Shown: one piece after another, positions 54,481 through 64,000 of the stretch
Layout: the number at the start of each line of letters is the position of its first letter
How positions within the stretch are numbered: the first letter of the stretch is position 1
NCBI GenBank assembly: GCA_050613775.1
Contig: JBODTK010000102.1
Coordinates: forward strand, 310,001 to 374,000
DNA from: Neocallimastix sp. 'constans'
Taxonomy: Eukaryota
DNA: 64,000 nucleotides
Direction of reading: 5' to 3'
Notes under the pieces: generated by a model
Told to the model about the DNA's origin: nothing
The model's database searches: none
The model's input: only the letters and a program-made list of their open reading frames with translations
Position numbers and translations under genes: made by a program

Positions 54481-57400
54481 TTTCTATTTTACTTTTTTTA
54501 TTTTATTTAATTTTTTTTATTATTTATCAAATTATACAATTATTTTTCTTTTATTATTTATTAATAAAATACACTTATTATTAATTTTTTTAATAAATAT
54601 TAATTAATATTTATTATTTAATCATTTTTTTTTTATAAGAAACAAAATTTTTATTTTTTATTTAATATATATATATATTTTTAAAAAATTTATTTTTAAA
54701 TTTATTTATTTATTATAATTTTATTTATTTAATTGAATATTTATTTAAATTATATAAATTATTTATTTGTTTTAATATTAATTTATTTATTTATTAACTT
54801 TTAAAAAAATTTTGTAAAATATGGATTTCATAAATAAAAATTTAGACAATAAATTTATTTAAATTAATCATAATTTAAGGTATAAATTTATGTTAATAAT
54901 CATATATTTATGTAATAATAATAAATAATAAATTTATGTATATTAAAATATATTTATGTATTTAATATATAATAAAATGATATTAAAAATTATTTTATTT
55001 TTATAATTATATTTAATATTAATATATATATAATTTATTATTATATTCGAACATTTATAATAATAAATTAAATATATCTTTTATAATTATTTTATTATTA
55101 TTATTTTATTATTATTATTATTATTATTGGAAAATTATATTTATACAAATAAAATATCTTTTATTTTATATTTTTCTAAAAAAAACTATTTTTTTATTTA
55201 ATTTAAATTTATTATTATTAATTATTTTTATTATTTATACTATTCAATTTATTTTTATTCTTTTTTATCTTTTTTTTTTTTTTTTTTTTATTATTTCTTA
55301 TTTAAGATATTTGAAATGTTTATTATAATTTTTATAATCTAATAATTTTTTATTTAATAAATAATAATAATATTTAATCTTTACTAATTTATTTACAAAT
55401 ATATTATAATTTTTATTTTTTATTATATAATAATATTTATTTAACATTATTAAAATATTTAAATATTTTTAATAATTTTTAATAATATTATCATTTTTTA
55501 ATGTGTTTTTAATTTTATTTTTTTTTATTTAATTTAATTAGTACATCATATTCATATTTTACTATATATATTTGTTTTATTCAATATGAACTTTTTATTC
55601 ATATTATAGTATTTATTTTGTTTAGTTTTTTTTTTAAATCTGCACTTTTCTTATTTAATATTTATTTGTTTATTTTTTTTTATTTTTATTTTATTTTCTT
55701 TTTATTTTATTATATATTTAGTTTATTTTATTATATATTTAGTTTATTTTATTATATATTTAGTTTATTTTATTATATATTTAGTTTATTTTATTTTATT
55801 CAATTTGTAATTTATATTAATATTCTTCTATATATTATTTATCTTTTTATTATTTTTTTATATATTTTAAATTTTTTATTCTATGTTGGAGTAAATAAAA
55901 TTTTATCAATCATAACAAAAAATATAATTTTATTTATTATCTTTAATAGATAAAGTTTTATTATATATTTAAAAAAGACTAGTATTTGAATTATTAATTG
56001 TTTATTATTACTTTAAAATTAATACTAAATAAAATATATTTTTTTCCTTTAATTATATATTTATAAATATAATTATTTAAATATTTTATATTTAAATATT
56101 GCATCAGTTTTTTTATTGAAAATTTAATGATTTCTTTAGAATTTTAAAAAAAAAGTAAATTAAATAAAATAAAAAATAGTTGAATATTAATATAAAGTAG
56201 AGATTGAATAAAATAAAATAAAATAAAATAAAATAAATTGTAAAAATATTAATATAAAGTACATATTGAATAAAATAAAATGAAATAAGTTGAAATAAAA
56301 TAAAATAAAATAAAATAAATTGCAAAAAACAAATAATATGTAATAAATTAGTAAAGATTAAATATAAATAAATAGTAGGAAATAAAAAATAAGAAATAAA
56401 AATTAAAAAGTAAAAAAAAAAAAGAAAAAAAAATAGGAAATAACAAATAAGAAATAAAAACAAAAAAAATATAAAATATAATATATGGAATATTAATCAA
56501 AATTAATGAATAAGAAATAAAAAATTAACAGAAAAAATGGATGTTTTAAATAAAAAAAAATATAAAAATGATATATAAGAAATAACAAACAGTAAATATA
56601 ATATAAAAAAATAAAATATAAAAAAAAATATATACATATATATGTATATATTACAGAAATAGTAATGTTAATTATAGCTTCATAATTTTATTTTTAAAAA
56701 AGAAAAAACCAAATAATATCAAAAAGTTTGAAATATAATAGTTAATTTCAAAAATAAAAATAAATTTACAAAAAGTAAAAAATAAAAATATAAAATTTAT
56801 TTAATAATAATAAATATAAATTCTAATTAATTATTAATAAGTTCTCTATATAAATTATTTATTCATAATACATCGAGTATATGATTAAAAAAAATTATTT
56901 TTAGTGATTTTATTTTTTTCTCTTTTATTAATTTATTATTTATTATTTATAAATAAGTTCATTTTTTTTTATTATTTAATTATTAATTATTTAATTATTA
57001 ATTATTTATTACTTATTAATAAATACTCATTTTATTCTATTATTTATTATTTATTATTTATTATTAAGCACCTTATTTATTCTTTTTATTATTTAATATT
57101 CAATAATTTATTATTTATTATATATAATTTATTATTTATTATTTATTATATATTATATATTATTCCATTATTTATTATTTATTATTTATTAATAAATACT
57201 CTTTATTATTTATTATTCATTATATATTATCATATAATTTATTATTTATTATTTATTAATTATTAATTATTATTTATTATTTGTTATATATAAATAAATT
57301 CTCTTTAATATTTAATATTTATTAATATTTATATAATATTTATTATTTATTATTTATTATTTATTATATATTAATAATAATAAACATTTTTTATTATTTA

Positions 57401-58444
57401 ATGAAGTATATGAACTTTAATTATTATTATTTTAATTTTATTTAAATTTTACATAAAAAAATTTTATTTATGTAATTCATGTGGATTCATCCGTTTTCAT
57501 AAATTTAAATTAAAAAACATAAATAAATGTTTAAAATCTATTCAAATAAATAAAAAATAAAAAAATTTTTTTTTATTTCATATTATAAAAGTATTTAAAA
57601 TTTTTTTTCTATTAATATAAATTATATATATATTTATTTTTATTATAAATTTTATTTATTTATTTATTTATTTTATCTCAATAATAAAATTTAAAATGAA
57701 GTAAACCATTTAATGAGTTACTAAAAAAAATAATAAAAACTAAAATAAATCAATTTTTTTATTATTTTATTTTTTTTTTTAATTTTTTATTTTTTAAATT
57801 TGAAATTAATAATATCGTAATAACAGTTGAAGTTTAAAAAATATTTTAAAATGATTTTATAAAAAATATAATATTTATTATTATTTAATATTTATTAATT
57901 ATTAATAAATAAAAAATAATGTTCTTTTTCACAAAAGTATTAAATAGGATAAAGATAAAGGAATAGATATCAATAATAAATTTTATAGTATTAATAATTT
58001 ATAGATATTAATAAAAAATAAATAATAATAATTAATAAAGAATAATTAATGAGCGGTATTTTATATTTAATTAATAAAATTTTAAAATGAAAAGTAGGGG
58101 TTAAGGCTTAAAAAAGTCAAAAGTTAAGTATTTTCAAAAGTTATAAATATGAAACAGAATTAATATACACTTCTCTTTCAACAAAAATTAAGAGATTTTT
58201 TTTCTTCATTTTGTTCTTTTCTATTATATTATCTAGGTGAAAATATTTTTTTTTTGTTTTGTTTTATTTTTTTTTTTTTTTGTTCTTCATTTGAAAAATT
58301 ATTTTCTTAATTTTTGAAAGTGAATTTTTTTATATTGAATTGTAAATATTTATATAATAAATAACATAATTATAGAGTAATAGAAAAAGAATAGTTTACA
58401 ATAGTTATTTTTGATAGAACCAAAATAAAGGAGCAATTCAAAAC

Positions 58445-61110
58445 ATGTGGAATAAAAAATATTTAAGGTAAAATATTTTTTTTATTTTTATTTTTTTTGT
58501 TTCTTTTTCATTTTTTAAACGTTTTTTATTAAAAAGAAAAAAGATACGAGAAGAAAAAAATTTTCTTTAAAAAAATTGAGATAATTTTAAATAGTAATAA
58601 GCAAAAAAAAAGTTATAAAATAATAATTTATTCTATTTTTAAAGTTAAAAAAAATAAAAAAATATTAAAGAAGTAAAGAATATAAAAAATGAAAATTATC
58701 TTCAATAGTTAAAAGGATGAAATAATAGATTTTAATAGTTTAAAGTTTTATTAATATTTGTTTTATTAATGATTTCTGTTCTAGTTAATAGTTTATTATG
58801 GATTAATAATTGGGTTATAAAAATTTTTTTTTCATTACTTTTATTTATTATTATTATTTTTTTTTTTGATAAAAAATATTTATTAATTTTTTTTATTTTA
58901 TTTGATTATTATTTATATAGCTTTCTAGGCTTATTTCTAATAGGTCTTAGAAGAGTTTCAGCAGCAACAGGTTTACTATTTTATTTTTATTACATTTAAA
59001 TATAATTTTTTAAATATATATTAATAATTGATACTAAAATTGTTAAATAAAATTCGTATAAAATTAAAATTAAAAAGCTACATGCACGCCAGCTTATGAT
59101 TCTTCAGGACAAGGAACTTACAGTATAACAGATTGTAAGTAACACTTATAAATATTGATTAGAACGAGTAGTAAAAAATATTTTTTTTTAAAAAAAATTA
59201 TTAATAAAAAATTTGAATACTGTAGTTAAAAATAAACTAAAATAAAATACACTAAAATAAAAATTCTTTAAATAATAAAAATATTAAAAAAAAATTGAAC
59301 AAAATAAAAAAAAAATAAGATTATTAATTAATCTTAAATTTCTATTAATAATTTTTTTTTATTTATTGAAATAGGTAAGGATGGATACTATTTATTAAAA
59401 AATGGTGGTAGTGCCGCTGTTGCGTCAGCAACAGATTTAGGGGGATGTACAAACGGTAGTAAATGTAATCTATATAAATGTGAAACAACCAGTGGAAAAA
59501 CAACTTGTAGTGCGGATACCTCCGTAACGGGTTATGTTGTCTATGGTGGTGACGAGAAAGCCTTATTATTATGTACGGCAGGGGCATGTCAAAATGTCGC
59601 TGACGCCGAAGGTACTTACCTTAATGCAGGTTACGATAAAGGTACGAAAGGTGTTATTTTATGTGGTGACGAAGGTTGTGACACTTTAACGACAACAGAT
59701 GCTATTTACTTGGATGCCACTTCCGCTATTGCGACCGATCCCACCAAGTTTACGAAGTTGATTACCTGTACCGGAGGAAAGTGTTCCTCCGAAGATCCCT
59801 TCGCACCCAATATCGTGTTGGACTATGCCTCGAAGAAAGGGAATGGCAAATACGAACAACTTATTAAATGTGTAGAAGGTACTCCCACTCGTGCCAAGCG
59901 TAGTGGCAGTGAGAGTAGCAATAATAGTGACAGTAGCAGCGGAAGCTCTTCAGGTGAAGGTAAATCGACTGGCGTTTCTGATACTTGTATGGTCATGGAG
60001 CATGGAGCAACGGAAACTAAAGTTACCCATTACGTTTCGGATACTGGGGACATTAGTGATAACATTGGGGATCAATTAATTACCTGTACTTCTGACGGTT
60101 GTTTCATTGATGAGACCCCAGACGAAGGATACTATATTAATTCAGATCCCGAAGACGATGACATGATCATTCAATGTGAAAAAGAAGGAGAAAACGATTA
60201 TGATTGTTTCCAGATAGATAGTAGTACTTTTTCGGATGACTGTGAAAATCCAGGAGAAATAATGATTACTGGTTCAGGTAGTGAAGGAAAGGCTTCCCTT
60301 TGTATATCCGATAAAAAAGAAGAAGCAAAGGAAATTAAATCGGATAATGAGGATGAATATATATTTATTACGGTGGATGATAAAACTTTCCCTGGAGTCA
60401 CTACAGAAGGAAAAATATGTGTAAAGATTAGTGGTGACGAAGGAAGTGTTACGAAGGCAAGTAATAATTTTTGTACTGGTGAAGAAATTAAGGAATGTAA
60501 GGTGAGTACGGGTTCAAATTGTATGATCGAAACCTACTATCTAATAGATTCAACAGACAAAATTATCAGTAAAGGAACTGGTTCATTATTCTATTGTGCT
60601 GTCGAAAATGAAGCCTGCACAAAAATCTTCAATATCGGTATCTACATCGAAGATAAAGAAAATATCTATTACTGTAGTAAACAGGATACACTATCCTGTG
60701 AAAAAAGAAAATATGAAGATACCTGTGATGAGTCAACAACTGGAAGAATTATTTATAAGGATCCAATCTTATCCATCTGTGTCAATGATGGTGTAGAAAT
60801 TGAGTTGAGTTTAAGTAACAATGGATATTATGTTGTTGCCGGAAGTACTGGAAATATATTTACAGAAGATGCTAATAAATATTCCATAATAAAAATTGAC
60901 GGAAAAGTGATTACTCTCGACACCAAATATAAGAATAATTCAAAGTATATCTATGTCAATAGTGGTAATAGTGGTAAATACAAAATCATGGATAGTAAAG
61001 AAAGTTGTCCAAAGAAGGATAGTATCTTTGATAAAGACAGTATTTTAGAACTTAAATGCACTAATGGAGAGTGTACAGAGCCTACCAGTCCAGAACCTGC
61101 AAGTCCATAA
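58445..61110 (+). CDS. Secreted Cys-rich scaffoldin-like protein, predicted 621 aa, 4 exons (58445-58467, 58921-58970, 59078-59134, 59375-61110)
   Basis: GT..AG introns join in frame (1866 nt); signal-peptide-like MWNKKYLSFLGLFLIGLRRVSA; repeated GYY/TYxN...LIxC..xxC motifs typical of anaerobic-fungal scaffoldin-type proteins. Confidence 0.8.
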
Positions 61111-62037
61111 TAATATAAATTTTTTTTATTGTAATTCTTAATTCAATTAATAATATAATTGAATATTAAAATTTTTATTTATTTTTTAAAAAGTAATATA
61201 TATTTATTATAAAAACAAAATTTAAAATTTTTTTTGCAAATATTTATAAAATTTAAAATATACAAAAAAATTTTTTTCATTTTACAATTAAAAAATTATA
61301 AAAAAAATATTTATTAAAAATAAAAAAATATTATTTATTGTTAATAAAAACTGTTTTAAAATTAAGAATTTTATAATTTTTTATTTTTTATAATTGTATT
61401 ATTAATAATTTATAAAAAAATATTTATTCATTTTTATTAATTATTTTTTACCTTTTGATAAAAAAAGATATTACCTTAAGAGATATTTTATATAAATGAA
61501 AAATAAAATAAAACATGTAAACCAGAATTAAGCTGTTTTTATTTTTATATAATAAAAAACTTAAAATAAAACATTAAAAAATTTTACATAAATCTTCAAT
61601 GACTTATCAACTGTATTATATTAATTTTTACTTTTTATTTTATTTATTTTTTTTTTTTATTTTGAAAGTTAAAAATTTTAATTTATTAATATTTTTTTAT
61701 TTAATAATTGAATAATTGAATAATAAATAATAAATAATAAATAATTGAATAATAAATAATAAATAAATAATAAAAAGAATAAATAATAAATAAATAAATA
61801 ATAAATAATAAATAATTTAATAATAAATAATAAATAAATATATAAATAAATAATAAATATAAATATAAATATAAATATAAATTATAAATATTAAATATAA
61901 ATATAATAAATAAATATAAAATATAAATATAAATTATAGATATATATTATATTATAAATTTAAATTATAAATATAAATAATAAATTATATATAATAAATA
62001 ATAAATAATAAATTATAAATATAAATAATAAATAATA

Positions 62038-62070
<33 letters not shown>

Positions 62071-63244
62071 TAATAAATAATAAATAATAAATAATTGAAT
62101 AATAAATAATAAGAAAATAAATAATAAATAAATAGTAATAATAATAATAAATAATAAATAATAAATAGTAAACCAAAATTTTCACTATTATAGTGTATTA
62201 TAAAATGAATTAAATGAAACAAAGAAATAAGAATAAAAGATATTTCAATAAACTAAAACAAAAATAATTAAAATAAATTTAAAATGTTGGAAAAAGATAT
62301 TTTAAATATTAAATAATTCGATTGAGTCCACTTAAAAATTTTCTATTAAATATTGGATTACTTGTTCTTTAGCTATCCTCATCTAAGATAAATTTAAAGT
62401 AAGAAAATATAAAAATTTTACCAATTAAAAAAGGTCACCTCCATCTTATACCCATTTTGAAACAAAAAAAGAATAAAAATTTGAAAGATTTTTAAAATCA
62501 ATAATGTACTTTACAATTACTATTTCAAATAAAAATTCATCAAAATATTATTTCTTTTTTTTTTTTTTTTTTTTTTTGTTCAATCCTAAGGAAAAAGTGC
62601 GGAGTAAAAAGGAATTGAAGTAAGGACAAAGAAAATGGGAATACGAATTTCTTAAAGTAGAAAGGCATAAATTTAGGATTATTTCTTTTAGATATAATTT
62701 TGAAGCTCATGTTGCCAAAACTTGTCAAATGGATGGAAGACACGACTGTCCAGAAACGGTGTCCTTTTTGTTAAAGAAAATATAGTAATCATCGATTGGA
62801 ACTTTGGTTTTTTCTAAAGGATATCATTTCCGTGAATTTTATATATGAAATACTGTAATGGATATTGAAATTTTAAAAAAAAAAATTAAAAATAGATGAA
62901 CTTATTTTAGACATATGAATAATTTTATAAAATTTTTTAAATATTTAATAAATATTTAATTTAATTTTTATTACATTATATTTTTATTTTTTTTTTGATA
63001 TTTTTATAAGAATACATTTCTATATAATTATAAAATTATTAAGTGTTTTATGTAAAAATAATAATTTAAATATTTTTTATTTTTATAATATATATCATCA
63101 ATCATATTTAAATGGTTTTATTTTATTTAAATAAATTATTAATATTTTTTTATATTTCTAAATAAAAAATTATTAAATTACATAATTTTAAATTGAATGG
63201 AATTAATTAGTATAAATCTTTTAAATATATTATTTTTTTTATTT

Positions 63245-64000
63245 TTAATTGATATTTTTATTAATAATTTTAGTATTAGTTTTTTTATTTACTAATTTCT
63301 TTCTGATGGAATTTCTTTTTATGTTTTTATAGAGCCTTTTTAAATACTTCTTTCCATAATGACAGAGACTTCCGGCTCTTTGTTTATAGTAATAATATAT
63401 TCCTTCATCGGGAGCCTTATATATTTTTGGATGGTGCTGGTAGCAATTTTTTCTGAATATTTTATCTTCCTGATATCTTATATTGGTTGGAAATCGTAGA
63501 TTATGATCATCCAAAAATTCTCTTCGAAAGATGCTATCGCTGACAAAGCCTTCTATTTTCGTAAAATTTTTATGATGAATATACTTATCCGATCCATTAA
63601 TGCTTTTTACAAAGGTACCAACGACAACATCATAATTTTTTGTATATTTGTATAAATTTTCAAAAAACCGTTTATCAACATAGTCATCACTATCCAGGAA
63701 TCCAATAAATTCACCGTTTGCGATATTGATACCAGTATTTCTACTTATGGATGGTCCTTTATTTTCATCCAAATGAATTATTTTAATTCGATAATCTTCT
63801 TTTTTAAGTTTATTCAATATATTAAGTGAATTATCAGAGGATGAATCATCAATACATATTATTTCTAATTCCTTTAAAGTTTGGTTCAATACCGACTGAA
63901 TTGAGCGTTCTAAATAAAGTTCTGTATTATATACTGGTATAATAACAGAAATCTTAATTTTTGAATAACATTTTCCTTCTAATAAAATAATAATAAAAAT
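63245..64000 (-). CDS. Family 2 glycosyltransferase, bacterial-like; 5' end lies beyond the window
   Basis: The frame is open upstream of the tracked ORF: IFIIILLEGKCYSKIKISVIIPVYNTELYLERSIQSVLNQT...IIC IDDSSSD...NKGPSISRNTG...FLDSDD...ED; no introns visible. Confidence 0.92.
   Translation of the reverse strand: MFIIILLEGKCYSKIKISVIIPVYNTELYLERSIQSVLNQTLKELEIICIDDSSSDNSLNILNKLKKEDYRIKIIHLDENKGPSISRNTGINIANGEFIGFLDSDDYVDKRFFENLYKYTKNYDVVVGTFVKSINGSDKYIHHKNFTKIEGFVSDSIFRREFLDDHNLRFPTNIRYQEDKIFRKNCYQHHPKIYKAPDEGIYYYYKQRAGSLCHYGKKYLKRLYKNIKRNSIRKKLVNKKTNTKIINKNIN

Noticed and set aside
62300..62870. GC-richer coding-like patches (also 50640-50890)
   Set aside because: Stops in the plausible frames and no recognisable motif; possibly pseudogene fragments, but not callable

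Overview
Extremely AT-rich eukaryotic DNA, most likely from an anaerobic gut fungus (Neocallimastigomycota). This is inferred from the base composition, short GT..AG introns, a fungal scaffoldin-like gene and a bacterial-type GT2 gene. The first ~50 kb is a transposon nest: seven Ty1/copia-type LTR elements or derivatives plus a solo LTR, two Mutator-like (MULE) elements with 9-bp TSDs, MULE-derived MITE relics and two decayed Ty3/gypsy fragments. Two host genes lie at the right end: a 4-exon secreted Cys-rich scaffoldin-like gene and an intronless GT2 glycosyltransferase that runs off the window. Main observations: (1) all six visible copia primer-binding sites are complementary to the anticodon/D-arm region of tRNA-Lys(CUU), implying half-tRNA priming with a lysine tRNA; (2) five LTR sets end TG...AA instead of TG...CA; (3) one complete LTR-PBS-PPT-LTR element carries a decayed ankyrin-repeat gene instead of gag-pol, and a relative carries other non-retroelement cargo; (4) two different elements sit in tandem at one target site (three ATATT copies); (5) tandem hairpin arrays recur in the 5' leaders. 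All alignments were done by eye; no database searches were run.
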